A stretch of DNA of 64,000 nt from Kofleriaceae bacterium (GCA_046597055.1 JBKJLC010000037.1:64001-128000), one strand, 5' to 3'; positions 39,660 to 49,660 are shown, numbered from the stretch's first letter. The notes: generated from the sequence alone by a model not told the origin. A program made the numbers and translations.

Positions 39660-39810
39660 CACTGGCTCCGCCGCGCATCCTTGCCAGTCCCGTGCCTGAC
39701 GGCGGCGTCCGTGTCCTCGGCGCGCCGCACCACTCGCGCCGCGACCGATGCGAGGACGAGGTGCTGCAAGCCACTTCGCCCGTGGGTGCCCATGACGATC
39801 AGGTCGCACG
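39659..39810 (-). pseudogene. C-terminal fragment of a universal stress protein
   Basis: CDLIVMGTHGRSGLQHLVLASVAARVVRRA...*, with no USP N-terminal half. Confidence 0.6.
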
Positions 39811-39860
39811 GCCGCTGGCGGGCGGCGGTGGTGTTCGCGGTCGCGGTCGCCGGCGCGCCC

Positions 39861-39905
39861 CCGCAGAAGCTGCGCGCGGCGTGGCTTCGAACGCAACGTC
39901 TGCGC
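39861..39905. promoter_or_regulatory. Tandem near-consensus GCGCA-N5-TGCGC boxes
   Basis: CCGCA-N5-TGCGC (39861) and ACGCA-N5-TGCGC (39891), 30 bp apart; sigma54-like AGGCACGGGACTGGCA at 39697-39682. Confidence 0.5.
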
Positions 39906-39909
39906 AGAG

Positions 39910-40380
39910 TCAGAGCGGCAAGTCGTGGTGGACGGGCAGGCGCGCGGTGAGCACCGCGCAGGTCGCGCGCCTGACCACGTGCTCGGCGATCGAGCCGAGC
40001 AGCATGTGCTTCAGCCCGCTGCGCCCGTGGGTACCCATCGCGATCAGATCGAACCCGGCTGCGCGCACGAGCTCGATCAGCTCGTCAGCGACCACGCCCT
40101 GCCGGACCATGCGCTCGACGCCGACCGCGCCGGCGGCCTTCGCCTGGGCCACGCTCCTGGCGAGCTCGAGCTCGATGCTGGCGAGCTGGTTGGCGATGAT
40201 CTCGGGCGGTGGGCTCCACGCGCCCTCCGCCGGACCCAGCGAGAAGACCGGAATCTGGTAGACGTGCGCGAGGGTCAGCGGGGCGCCACATAGCCTGGAC
40301 AGCTCGGACGCGATCCGGACGGCCTCGGCTGCGTGTCCGGAGAAGTCGACCGCAACGAGAATCTTGTGAAACGCAGGCAT
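39910..40380 (-). CDS. Universal stress protein
   Basis: ILVAVDFS, DLIAMGTHGRSG..LGSIAE.VVRRA.C.VL. Confidence 0.92.
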   Translation of the reverse strand: MPAFHKILVAVDFSGHAAEAVRIASELSRLCGAPLTLAHVYQIPVFSLGPAEGAWSPPPEIIANQLASIELELARSVAQAKAAGAVGVERMVRQGVVADELIELVRAAGFDLIAMGTHGRSGLKHMLLGSIAEHVVRRATCAVLTARLPVHHDLPL

Positions 40381-40392
40381 GTCGACTGCGAA

Positions 40393-40444
40393 TGCAAGCG
40401 AAGGGCCGGCTGGCCCTGGTGGCCCTGGTGGCCCGGCCGATGCA
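40393..40444. promoter_or_regulatory. Back-to-back divergent sigma54 promoters
   Basis: CGGCCCTTCGCTTGCA (minus, 40408-40393) and TGGCCCGGCCGATGCA (plus, 40429-40444), each 14 nt from its ATG. Confidence 0.55.
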
Positions 40445-40456
40445 TCCGGGTGATTC

Positions 40457-41215
40457 ATGCGTCGCCACCTGTTCCCGCTGGTCCTGTTCGCGCTTTCCGC
40501 GTGCGGTGGTTCGACCCGCCTCCCGGCGCGCACGCTCGGGGTCGGTGATCACCTGGCCGAGGCCGACCGTCACGACGCCGAGGCCCGCGAGCATGACGAG
40601 CTCGCGGCCGGCGCCGAGCGACGGGCGACCGTCGCGCCCCTGGTCTGCGGCGATCGCGCGCTGGCCGACCTGGCGACCTCTGGAGGTGAGGTGCTGGTGC
40701 TGTCTGCGCCGTGCTGGACCTCCGAGGCCCACGCGGTCGAGAACCACCGGGCGGCGGCCGCTCGACTGCGCGCCGATGCCGCCGACCACCGGGCCCGCGC
40801 CCGCAAGCTGCTCACCCGCGAGCGTGGGGCATGTGCGGGTCTGCCAGCGGCCGAGATCGATCACTCGCCGTTTGACCACCGCGGCGACATCGGTGCCGTC
40901 GCCGCCGAGGTCGACGGGGACCGGCTCGTGGGCGCCCGGGTGACGTTCGAGGCCGTGCCGGGCCTCAGCGCTGCCTGGCTGCGGCGAGCGCTGGCCTGCC
41001 ACCAGGCGCAGGCGGCGACGTCCGGGCATGATGGCCAGTTCCTGCCGACGTCGCCGTCGGTCGTCGCTGGTGCGGAGACCACGGTCCTCGATGAGCCGGG
41101 TGGTCTGGTCGTGGTCATTCGCGCCGGCGACCCGGCGGCGGCGCTGGTCGTCTACGCCCGGGCCGAGGCGCTGCTGGCCAGTGGCGTCGACGCCGCAGCG
41201 ACGTCACCGCGCTGA
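40457..41215 (+). CDS. Hypothetical lipoprotein
   Basis: Lipobox LSAC; His/Cys-containing helical region. Confidence 0.7.
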   Translation: MRRHLFPLVLFALSACGGSTRLPARTLGVGDHLAEADRHDAEAREHDELAAGAERRATVAPLVCGDRALADLATSGGEVLVLSAPCWTSEAHAVENHRAAAARLRADAADHRARARKLLTRERGACAGLPAAEIDHSPFDHRGDIGAVAAEVDGDRLVGARVTFEAVPGLSAAWLRRALACHQAQAATSGHDGQFLPTSPSVVAGAETTVLDEPGGLVVVIRAGDPAAALVVYARAEALLASGVDAAATSPR

Positions 41216-41371
41216 CTGACCGGTCACCAGGGTTCGTCAGTGTGCGGGGCCGGTCCAGGATTCGCATCCACCAGGCCGCCTTCGGATCCGATCATCACCG
41301 GTGCGCGGCGCCGGGCTGGTGACAGCGCGCGCGACCACGCATCCGGCCCACGACTTGCTCCGGTTCCTGGC

Positions 41372-42445
41372 ATGGACGCGATGTGTGCCTTCATCCGCGC
41401 GCGGTTCCCCGGGTGGACCGTGGTCGACAGTCAGCGGCTGGGCGACGACGAGGCCCCCGGCGACGCCACCACCAAGGGCGTCGGGTACGGCGTGCCCGTG
41501 CGGGTGACCTGCGAGGACGAGGCTGGTCAGCGTCGCGCGCTGGTGGTGCACACCGCGCGCGCGGACGACTTCGGCCACGACCGTCGATCGGACCGCGCGG
41601 CTGCGATGCTGCTGGCGTTCGATACCTACGGGCAGGTGCCGAGGCACGTCCCCGCACTCGACGTTGGCGTGATCGCCCGCGACGGGACCATGCGCTCGAT
41701 CGCCGATGGCACCGAGGTGTACCTGGTGACGGAGTGGCGCGCGGGGGAGCTGTACGCGCAGGATCTCCGCCGGATCGTGGTCAGCGGGCCCACGCCCCAG
41801 GATCAGCGCCGGGTCGACGCCCTGGCGGACTACCTCGTCAACCTGCACGCACGACACCAGGGCCGGCTCGCCGTCTACACCCGCGCGGTGCGCGATCTGG
41901 TCGGCTCCGGCGAGGGCATCTTCGGAATGATCGACGGCTATCCGGACGACGTGCCAGGGGCGCCGCCGGCGCGCCTGCGACGGATCGAGGAGGCCTGCCA
42001 CGGATGGCGCTGGCGTCTGCGCGGGCGTCAGCCTCGGGTCGCGCGCATCCACGGTGACTTCCATCCGTTCAACATCCTGTTCGCGGGCGAGACCGACCTG
42101 ACGCTGTTGGACGCCAGCCGGGGCGCCATGGGCGAGCCGGCGGATGACCTCACCGCGCTGGCGATCAACTACGTCTTCTTCGCGCTCGACCGCCCGGGCG
42201 CCTGGACCCGCGGCCTCGGGACGCTGTGGCATCGACTGTGGAATCGCTACCTGCGGGCCTCGAGCGATGCCGAGGTGCTCGAGGTCGCCGCGCCGTGGCT
42301 GGCCTGGCGCGCGCTCGTGGTCGCCAACCCGCGCTGGTACCCGGCGCTGTCGGTACGCGGGCGCGACCGGCTGCTGGGATGGGTCGAAGCGGTCCTGGCC
42401 GCGCCCCGCTTCGATCCGGACTCGGCCGATGGAGTCGCCGCGTGA
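41372..42445 (+). CDS. Aminoglycoside-phosphotransferase-like kinase
   Basis: HGDFHPFNILF Brenner motif, LLDASRG, GEPADD; sigma54-like CGGCCCACGACTTGCT at 41344-41359. Confidence 0.8.
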   Translation: MDAMCAFIRARFPGWTVVDSQRLGDDEAPGDATTKGVGYGVPVRVTCEDEAGQRRALVVHTARADDFGHDRRSDRAAAMLLAFDTYGQVPRHVPALDVGVIARDGTMRSIADGTEVYLVTEWRAGELYAQDLRRIVVSGPTPQDQRRVDALADYLVNLHARHQGRLAVYTRAVRDLVGSGEGIFGMIDGYPDDVPGAPPARLRRIEEACHGWRWRLRGRQPRVARIHGDFHPFNILFAGETDLTLLDASRGAMGEPADDLTALAINYVFFALDRPGAWTRGLGTLWHRLWNRYLRASSDAEVLEVAAPWLAWRALVVANPRWYPALSVRGRDRLLGWVEAVLAAPRFDPDSADGVAA

Positions 42446-42966
42446 GCCGCGGCGCGGTGGTCTGGTTCACCGGGTTGCCGGCGTCCGGCAAGACCACCGC
42501 CGCCGGGCAGCTGGTGCGGCGGCTGCGGGCGCGCGGGCGCGAGCCGGCGCTGCTCGACAGCGACGAGCTGCGTGCGCAGCTCGTGCCGCAGGGGGGATAC
42601 CAGCCCGACGCTCGCGACGGGTTCTACCGGACGCTCGCCAATCTCGCCGGCCTGCTCGCGGCGCAGGGCCTGATCGTGGTGGTCGCGGCCACCGCACATC
42701 GCCGGCAGTGGCGGGATCTGGCACGGGCCCGTGCGCCCGCCTTTGTCGAGGTCCATGTCGCGACCCCACTCGACGAATGCCAGCGGCGTGACCCCAAGCA
42801 CCTCTATGCCGAGCCGTCCGCGTGGGTGGCGCTGCCCGGCGCCGGGGTCGCGTACGAACCTCCGCTGCAGGCCGAGGTGGTGGTGCTGGGCGGCGACGCC
42901 CGGGCGTACCTCGACGCGGTGCTGGCGGCGCTGGACCGGGTGACCGCGGACCCGTCGTCGGGGTGA
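42442..42966 (+). CDS. Adenylyl-sulfate kinase-like P-loop kinase
   Basis: WFTGLPASGKTT, LDSDELR, RDPKHLY, YEPP; GTGA coupling. Confidence 0.8.
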   Translation: MSRGAVVWFTGLPASGKTTAAGQLVRRLRARGREPALLDSDELRAQLVPQGGYQPDARDGFYRTLANLAGLLAAQGLIVVVAATAHRRQWRDLARARAPAFVEVHVATPLDECQRRDPKHLYAEPSAWVALPGAGVAYEPPLQAEVVVLGGDARAYLDAVLAALDRVTADPSSG

Positions 42967-43018
42967 CCCGGGCGGCGTGGGCCTCGCCGCACCGCGCGCG
43001 GGTCGGCTCGACCCACGA

Positions 43019-44053
43019 TCAGCGACCGGGGAGCGCCCCAGCGCTGGGGTCCGGGGCTGCGGCGGCGCGCACCTCGTGCGCGAGCGGGGCACCCGCGGCA
43101 AACGCCGCGATGCTGGCGAGCGTGGTGTCCGCGATCGCGGCCAGCGCCTCGCGGGTCAGGAAGGCCTGGTGGGACGTGACGACGACGTTGGGGAAGGTCA
43201 AGAGGCGCGCCAGCACGTCGTCCTGCAGGACCTGGTTGGACAGGTCCTCGAAGAAGACCCCTTCCTCCTCCTCGTAGACGTCGAGGCCGGCGCCCCCGAT
43301 CTGCCCGCGCTTGAGGGCGTCGACCAGCGCCGGGGTGTCGATCAGCGCACCGCGGCCGGTGTTGATCAGGATCACGCCGCGCTTCATGCGATCGAGTGAG
43401 GCCGCATCGATCACGTGGCGGGTCGCCGGGGTCAGCGGCACGTGGAGCGAGATGATGTCCGACCGTCGGTAGAGCTCGTCGAGCCCGACGTAGGACACCA
43501 GCGAGGTCGGCGCCGCGACCAGATCGTGGGCGATGACGACACAGCCGAAGCCGCCGAAGATGCGGGCGGCCACCAGGCCGATCCGGCCGGTGCCGATCAG
43601 CCCGACGGTCTTGCCATGAAGATCGAAGCCAACCAGGCCGTCGAGCGAGAAGTTGCCATCGCGCACCCGGGCGTGGGCCCGCGGCAGCTTGCGCACCAGG
43701 GCGAGGACCAGCGCCACCGCATGCTCGGCGACGGCGTGGGGGGAGTACTCGGGGACCCGGACCACCGGCAGGTCGAGGCGGGCGGCCGCGGCCAGGTCGA
43801 CGTGGTTGAACCCGGCCGAGCGGAGCGCGATCAGGCGGACCCCGGCGGCGCGCAGGATCGCGAGCACGTCCGCGTCGAGCTGGTCGTTGACGAACGCGCA
43901 CACGACGTCGTGGCCGGCGGCCAGCGGCGCCGTCGCGCGGGTCAGCCGCACCTCGAGGAACGTCAGCTCGTGGGTGGCGTCGTGGTTGGCAGTCGTGAAC
44001 GACTCGCGATCGTAGCGGTGCGCATCGAACAGGAGGGTCTTCATCGGCGGCAT
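43019..44053 (-). CDS. ldhA: Fermentative D-lactate dehydrogenase (D-2-hydroxyacid dehydrogenase)
   Basis: RSAGFNHVD, YSPHAVAEH, GTGRIG, INTGRG, LDVYEEE, TSHQAF. Confidence 0.9.
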   Translation of the reverse strand: MPPMKTLLFDAHRYDRESFTTANHDATHELTFLEVRLTRATAPLAAGHDVVCAFVNDQLDADVLAILRAAGVRLIALRSAGFNHVDLAAAARLDLPVVRVPEYSPHAVAEHAVALVLALVRKLPRAHARVRDGNFSLDGLVGFDLHGKTVGLIGTGRIGLVAARIFGGFGCVVIAHDLVAAPTSLVSYVGLDELYRRSDIISLHVPLTPATRHVIDAASLDRMKRGVILINTGRGALIDTPALVDALKRGQIGGAGLDVYEEEEGVFFEDLSNQVLQDDVLARLLTFPNVVVTSHQAFLTREALAAIADTTLASIAAFAAGAPLAHEVRAAAAPDPSAGALPGR

Positions 44054-44125
44054 GGGCCCATCCTGCCTGGTTCGCCCGCGAACCGGCGGTCGCCCGGGGG
44101 TGGCGACCTGGTATAAACCTCGCCT

Positions 44126-45226
44126 GTGAGGAAGGCGGCGCCGGAATTTGCGGAGGAGGCGTATCACCTGCTGATCCAGGCCGCGCCCGACGGCGTGCTG
44201 GTGGTCGATGCCGGGGGGCGCATCATGCTCGCCAACCCGGAGCTCGCGCGCATGACGGGCTTCACGGCCGACGAGCTGGTTGGCCAGCTCATCGAGGCGC
44301 TGGTCCCACCCGCGGTGCGCGGCACCCACGTGGCGCACCGCGACGGGTACGCGCGTAACCCCCACGCCCGTCCGATGGGCTCGAACCTCGAGCTGGCGGC
44401 GATGCGCAAGGACGGCAGCTCGCTGCCGGTCGAGATCATGCTCAGCCCCATGCAGCTCGGCGACCGGCGGGTGACGATCGCGTTCGTCCGCGACTCGACC
44501 GAGCCGCGACGGCGACGCAAGGAGCTGGAGGATGCCAACGCGACCGCGCAGGCCGCCGTGCGCGAGCTCGAGGCGTTCAGCTACTCGGTCGCGCACGATC
44601 TGCGGACGCCCCTGCGCACGGTCGACGGGTTCTCCCAGGCGCTGCTCGAGGACTACGGCGACCGGCTCGACGCGACCGGCCGCGACTACCTGGCCCGGTC
44701 GCGCAGCGCGGCCCAGCGCATGGGCCACCTGATCGACGACCTGCTGGCGCTGGCCCGGCTGTCGCGGATCCAGCTCGCCCGCGAATCGATCGATCTCGCG
44801 CACTTCGTCCGCGAAGCGGACACTCGGCTGCGCCAGGCTCAGCCGGGGCGCCGGGTCGACCTGACCGTCCACGAGCCCCTGCGCGCCGACGCCGACCCGC
44901 GGCTGATCGCGCTGGTCCTCGACAACCTGCTCGGCAACGCCTGGAAGTTCTCGCGGCCGCGCGCGATCGCCCACGTCGAGGTCGGCCGCCGGGGCGACGC
45001 CTACTTCGTCCGGGACGACGGGGTCGGGTTCGACCCGCAGTACGCGGCGGCGCTGTTCCTGCCGTTCAAGCGCTTGCACGCCGCCCGCGAGTTCGAGGGG
45101 ACCGGGATCGGCCTGGCCACGGTCGCACGCGCGATCCAGCGCCACGGCGGCCGGATCTGGGCCGAGGCGACCCCGGACGGGGGCGCGACGTTCTTCTTCA
45201 CGTTGACCGCCGAGGAGACCCCATGA
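44126..45226 (+). CDS. PAS sensor histidine kinase
   Basis: PAS domain; FSYSVAHDLRTPL; NAWKF; GTGIGLA. Confidence 0.9.
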   Translation: MRKAAPEFAEEAYHLLIQAAPDGVLVVDAGGRIMLANPELARMTGFTADELVGQLIEALVPPAVRGTHVAHRDGYARNPHARPMGSNLELAAMRKDGSSLPVEIMLSPMQLGDRRVTIAFVRDSTEPRRRRKELEDANATAQAAVRELEAFSYSVAHDLRTPLRTVDGFSQALLEDYGDRLDATGRDYLARSRSAAQRMGHLIDDLLALARLSRIQLARESIDLAHFVREADTRLRQAQPGRRVDLTVHEPLRADADPRLIALVLDNLLGNAWKFSRPRAIAHVEVGRRGDAYFVRDDGVGFDPQYAAALFLPFKRLHAAREFEGTGIGLATVARAIQRHGGRIWAEATPDGGATFFFTLTAEETP

Positions 45227-45666
45227 CCGACGGCCTGATCCTCCTCGTCGAGGACAACCCCGACGACGAGACGCTGACCGTGCGCGCGCTGCGCAAGAAC
45301 CACATTCTCAACGAGGTCGTGGTGGCTCGTGATGGGATCGAGGCGCTCGAATGGCTGTTCGGCACCGGCGCCCACGTTGGGCGCGACGTGCGGATCCAGC
45401 CGCACGTGATCCTGCTCGATCTCAACATGCCACGCCTGTCGGGCCTCCAGGTCCTGGCGCGGATCCGCGGCGATGCCCGCACCGCGCTGGTGCCGGTGGT
45501 CGTGCTGACCTCTTCGAAAGAGGACGACGACGTCGTCAAGAGCTACGCGCTCGGGGCCAACAGCTACGTGCGCAAGCCGGTCGACTTCGCCGAGTTCGTC
45601 GAGGCGGCGCGCCGGCTCGGGATGTACTGGCTGCTGGTCAACCAGGTGGCACCGGCGAGGACGTGA
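45223..45666 (+). CDS. Single-domain response regulator (Rcp1-like)
   Basis: LLVEDNPDD, LLDLNMP, LTSS, GANSYVRKP, YW. Confidence 0.92.
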   Translation: MTDGLILLVEDNPDDETLTVRALRKNHILNEVVVARDGIEALEWLFGTGAHVGRDVRIQPHVILLDLNMPRLSGLQVLARIRGDARTALVPVVVLTSSKEDDDVVKSYALGANSYVRKPVDFAEFVEAARRLGMYWLLVNQVAPART

Positions 45667-46754
45667 TGGGCGGGGCGATCCGGGTCCTCTTCGTCGAGGA
45701 CAGCGAGGACGACGTCTTCGTGATCGTGCGCGAGCTCCGCCGCGGCGGCTTCGCGCCGACCTGGGCGCGGGTCGACGCCGCCGCCGCGCTCGCCGCGGCG
45801 CTGGTCGAGCCGTGGGATCTCGTGCTGTGCGATTACTCGCTGCCCGGGTTCGATGCGCTGGCCGCGCTGGCCCAGGTGCGCGCGCGCGCGGATCTGCCGT
45901 TCATCGTGGTGTCGGGGAAGGTCGGCGAGGAGATCGCGGTGGAGCTCATGCGCGCCGGCGTCCACGACTTCGTGCTCAAGGACCGCCTGGCGCGGCTGGT
46001 GCCGGCGGTGGAGCGCGAGCTGCGGGACGCGCGCGCGCGCGCCGATCTGCGCCGGGCCGAGGACACCTTGCGCCGGACCGAGAAGCTGCGCGCGCTCGGA
46101 CAGATGGCGGCCGGCATCGCCCACGACCTCAAGAACCTGATCAATCCGCTCGGCCTCCACGTCGAGATCGTGGAGCGCGCGCTGCGGCGCGCCGGCGCCG
46201 AGCGACCGGACGCCATCGAGACGATGCGCTCGATCCTCCAGCGCGGCGTCGAGACGATCGATCGCCTGTGCGCGTTCGGTCGGCTGGATCCGGTCGTGAT
46301 CGTGGAGCGGCTCGACCTCGCCGCCGCGGCGCGCGAGAGCATCGAGCTGGCCCGTCCGCGGCTGGCGGCGGTCCCGGGCGTGACGCTCACCGACGACGTC
46401 GCGGACGTCGGCACCGTGCCGGCCCTGTCGACCGAGGTGGTCGGCGCGATCGTCAACCTGATCGTCAACGCGATCGATGCCTGTGGCGACCGCGGGCAGA
46501 TCGCCGTGCGGGTCGGCGGCGACCTGACCCACGCCTGGGTCGAGGTCGGCGACGACGGCCCGGGCATGAGCCGCGAGGTCGAGGCGCGGGTCTTCGAGCC
46601 ATTCTTCACGACCAAGGGCAACGACGGGACCGGGCTCGGGCTCACCAACGTGTTCGCGACCATGGGCCGCCACGGCGGGCTGGTGCGGCTCGAGACCGCG
46701 CCGGGCCAGGGCTCGCGGTTCACCCTCTGGTTTCCGCGCGCGCCGGTGCGCTGA
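45666..46754 (+). CDS. Hybrid receiver-histidine kinase
   Basis: REC (VEDSEDD, LCDYSLP), IAHDLKN, FFTTK.GTGLGL. Confidence 0.9.
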   Translation: MGGAIRVLFVEDSEDDVFVIVRELRRGGFAPTWARVDAAAALAAALVEPWDLVLCDYSLPGFDALAALAQVRARADLPFIVVSGKVGEEIAVELMRAGVHDFVLKDRLARLVPAVERELRDARARADLRRAEDTLRRTEKLRALGQMAAGIAHDLKNLINPLGLHVEIVERALRRAGAERPDAIETMRSILQRGVETIDRLCAFGRLDPVVIVERLDLAAAARESIELARPRLAAVPGVTLTDDVADVGTVPALSTEVVGAIVNLIVNAIDACGDRGQIAVRVGGDLTHAWVEVGDDGPGMSREVEARVFEPFFTTKGNDGTGLGLTNVFATMGRHGGLVRLETAPGQGSRFTLWFPRAPVR

Positions 46755-46831
46755 CCGCGGCGACCGTCGTGCGCGGCATGCTGGCCTCGCGCGCGGGGCC
46801 TGGGGTCACGCCGACGGGGCGCCGCGCGATC

Positions 46832-46982
46832 GCGAAAATCCTGCGCTGCGCGAGCGGCGGAGCTGCCTCACGCGCACCGGTTGCGCACGGCGCCCCGGCA
46901 TCAGCCGGCCCCGGCAGGTGCCGCGGGCCGTGCGGGTCCGTCCGCGGATGCCGGCGCGGCCGGTGCTGGCGCGCCGCTTGCT
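46832..46982 (+). promoter_or_regulatory. GCGCA-N5-TGCGC boxes plus sigma54 promoter of the hemerythrin gene
   Basis: Boxes 46832-46846 (1 mismatch) and 46872-46886 (perfect); TGGCGCGCCGCTTGCT 46967-46982. Confidence 0.65.
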
Positions 46983-46995
46983 GCTTCGAGTCAGG

Positions 46996-47418
46996 ATGGA
47001 TCCCACCGAAGCCCGAGGCCTGCTCCTGGCGCAGCACGAGTGCCTGCGGGCGCTCCTGGCCTCGGCCCATGGCGAGGCCAAGCGGGTCATCGCCGGCGCG
47101 GCGGCGACCGGACTTCACGAGATCCTGGTCGAGTTGCGGCGAGCGTTCGCCGAGCACAACGCCAGCGAGGAGGCCTTGCTCGAGCCGATCCTGCGACGCG
47201 ATCCAGCCTGGGGAACGCCACGGATCGACCGCATGCTCGAGGAGCATGCCGGCGAGCACCTCGCGTTTCAGGCGGCGTTGTCCGGCACGGATCACGGGGT
47301 CGCGGCTGGCATGGCCGACCTGTGCGAGGAGGTCGAGGCGCACATGGCGGCCGAGGAGCGGACGTTCCTCAGCCCTGGCGTGCTGTGCCGTGACGTGGTG
47401 GGGCGCGATGGCCCGTGA
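46996..47418 (+). CDS. Hemerythrin/HHE-domain protein
   Basis: QH, HNASEE, EEH, HMAAEE ligand pattern. Confidence 0.8.
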   Translation: MDPTEARGLLLAQHECLRALLASAHGEAKRVIAGAAATGLHEILVELRRAFAEHNASEEALLEPILRRDPAWGTPRIDRMLEEHAGEHLAFQAALSGTDHGVAAGMADLCEEVEAHMAAEERTFLSPGVLCRDVVGRDGP

Positions 47419-47448
47419 CCGCGCCGCGCTAGCCGGTCCGGGTGCGCG

Positions 47449-47529
47449 GCGCACGGCTTGCGCGGCCGGCTGCGTCAGGACGCAGCGCGGCGCGGGTCCC
47501 GACCGCTCGGGGCTGGCATCGAGCGTGCT
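47449..47529 (+). promoter_or_regulatory. GCGCA-N5-TGCGC box plus sigma54 promoter of the USP gene
   Basis: Perfect box 47449-47463; TGGCATCGAGCGTGCT 47514-47529; GGAGGA RBS downstream. Confidence 0.65.
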
Positions 47530-47552
47530 TGTAAAAGGCGGAGGAGGACGTC

Positions 47553-48092
47553 ATGAGCAAGAGCCAGATCCTGATCGCATACGACTTCACCAAGCAGGCC
47601 GACATCGCCCTGGATCGGTCCGTGGAGCTCGCCTGTCGTGATCCCCAGTACGTCCTCCACTTCCTCACCGTGGTGAAGTCGCAGGAGACGTACCTGACGG
47701 CCGACCGGATCCGCGAGAGCCTGATCGAGCGGCTCACCGCGATCTTCCGGGCCCGCGAGCCGCACGCCGAAGTCGACTTCTGTGTCCACACCCGCCTCGG
47801 CTACCCCGAGAAGGAAATCCTGGCGCTCGCCGAGGAGATCGGCGCCGATCTGATCATCGTCGGCTCGCACGATCGCGGCAAGGTTGGCCGCATCTTCCTG
47901 GGCTCGGTCTCCGAAGCGGTGCTGCGCGGCGCCCGCTGCCCGGTCACGGTGGTGCGGCTCAAGAGCTACCCGCACGTCGAGCTGCAGCGGGTCATCGAGG
48001 TGCCACACGCCGAGCCGCACGCGCGGCCGCACCGGTACTCGTACCTGCCGTCGGCGATGCAGGCCCGCGCCAACGACCGGACGGTCCGGTAG
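47553..48092 (+). CDS. Universal stress protein
   Basis: ILIAYDF, DLIIVGSH..FLGSVSE.VLR.A.CPV. Confidence 0.9.
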   Translation: MSKSQILIAYDFTKQADIALDRSVELACRDPQYVLHFLTVVKSQETYLTADRIRESLIERLTAIFRAREPHAEVDFCVHTRLGYPEKEILALAEEIGADLIIVGSHDRGKVGRIFLGSVSEAVLRGARCPVTVVRLKSYPHVELQRVIEVPHAEPHARPHRYSYLPSAMQARANDRTVR

Positions 48093-48317
48093 CGGAGCCC
48101 GCCTCGCGGGTGTGCGCTTGCGGCGCAGTGGTGGCGCACGTCGCGCTTCTGCTTCTCGGTTCGCGCGCCCACGCTGCGAGGTGGGCGCGTCTCGGCGCGA
48201 GACCTGCGGGTCACGACACCAGGTGATCGCCAGGCCCACGATGGCGCCATGGTGCTCGGCGTACGGGCGGTGTTATCAAGCCTCGATGTTGCTCGCGCGC
48301 GCTCGGATCCCCTCGGC

Positions 48318-48998
48318 ATGACCACGCCCGACGACCCGAACGTGCTCCGCACCACCGCCGGGGACATGCCGCTCGAGGAGATCGAGCTGGTCGTGGCGGG
48401 GCGTACCTGGACGGTCCTGCACACCGGCGCGGTCATCAGCCGCGAGCAGGAGCAGGCGTTCTTGCGCGGTCAGACCACGACCCGGTGGCCGTACGGCATC
48501 GTGGTGTGGCCCGCGGCGATCGCGCTCGCGCACGAGGTCGCTTCGCGCCACCTCGCCGGGAAGCGCATCCTCGAGCTCGGCGCCGGGACCGGCCTGCCCG
48601 GCATCGTTGCCGCCGGGCTCGATGCGCGCGTGGTGCAGACCGACCGGCAGCAGGTCGCGCTGCACGTGTGCAGGCTGAACGCGGAACGCAACGGCGTCAC
48701 GACGATCGACCACCGGCTCGCGGACTGGACCGCATGGGACGACACCGAGCGCTACGACGTCATCCTCGGCGCAGACGTGCTCTATGCCGAGCCGCTCCAC
48801 GCCCACCTGCGGCACATCTTCGCGACCAACCTCGCCCCGGGTGGAACGGTGCTGCTCGCCGACCCGTTCCGCAAGCCGAGCCTGCGCTTCCTGGAAGCGA
48901 TGGAGGCCGAGGGGTGGCAGGTCACGCTCGACAAGTGGACCGTGGGGGTCACCCCACCCCCGCGGTCCGTCGGCGTCTACGCGTTGACGCGGACCTGA
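48318..48998 (+). CDS. Class I SAM methyltransferase (METTL21/family-16-like)
   Basis: YG..VWPAA, ILELGAGTGLPG, GADVLY. Confidence 0.85.
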   Translation: MTTPDDPNVLRTTAGDMPLEEIELVVAGRTWTVLHTGAVISREQEQAFLRGQTTTRWPYGIVVWPAAIALAHEVASRHLAGKRILELGAGTGLPGIVAAGLDARVVQTDRQQVALHVCRLNAERNGVTTIDHRLADWTAWDDTERYDVILGADVLYAEPLHAHLRHIFATNLAPGGTVLLADPFRKPSLRFLEAMEAEGWQVTLDKWTVGVTPPPRSVGVYALTRT

Positions 48999-49067
48999 GG
49001 CTCGAGCGCGGTATCACCACCGCAGCCCTCGGTCGGCGCGGCGGCCGGGTGCGGCCGCCGAGATCAC

Positions 49068-49388
49068 TCAGATCATGTCTTTGAGGGCCTTGAGCGGCCG
49101 GACCTTGATCTTGGTCGTCGCCTTGCGCGCGGCCACGTTCATGGTCTCGCCGGGCTTGAAGGGGTTCGGCACGTTCTTGCGCGCGGGCCGCGCCGGCACG
49201 GCCTTCTTCTCGATCTTGACCAGGCCCGGCAGGGCGAACACGCCGGGGCCTCGCTTGCCCAGGTTCTTCGCGATCTCGGCGACCAGTGCGTCGAAGACCT
49301 GGCTGACCTGCTTGCGGGTCAGCTGAGTCTCCTCGGCAATCGCGGTGAAAATCTCGGTCTTGGTAGCTGCCTTCGGTGCGTTCGCCAT
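49068..49388 (-). CDS. HU/IHF-family DNA-binding protein
   Basis: TKTEI..IAEETQL, LPGLVK, PAR..NPF, KVRPLKALKD; GGAG RBS. Confidence 0.88.
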   Translation of the reverse strand: MANAPKAATKTEIFTAIAEETQLTRKQVSQVFDALVAEIAKNLGKRGPGVFALPGLVKIEKKAVPARPARKNVPNPFKPGETMNVAARKATTKIKVRPLKALKDMI

Positions 49389-49660
49389 TGGTAATCCGTC
49401 TCCATAGGTCGCTCGATTGCGACTACGGCCCGACTTTAACCACGTAAAGGGCCGGCATGCCGTTCCTCCTGGCGAATTGCGGCCCGCTACGCCACGTCGC
49501 GATCCCGTCTCGCCCCCTGCGAATAGTTACGGCGAGGGCGGGTCGGCGGGGGCGAAGCCACGGTGTTGACGGACCGGTCTTGGCCCGCCAATGTGCCGGC
49601 GCAGGAGGAGACCCCGATGAGACTCGAGATCGCGAACCTCGACCTGGAGACACGGCCCTC

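Noticed and set aside
44126..46754. Assigning the PAS kinase/receiver/hybrid trio as the NmpS/NmpT partners or as a phytochrome system
   Set aside because: Generic Cph1/Rcp1-type cassette without GAF-PHY; no sequence evidence linking it to the protoglobin kinase
48097..48186. Imperfect inverted repeat after the USP gene as an ncRNA or MITE
   Set aside because: Single copy in the window, GC-rich pairing is expected by chance, and there is no U-tract or target duplication
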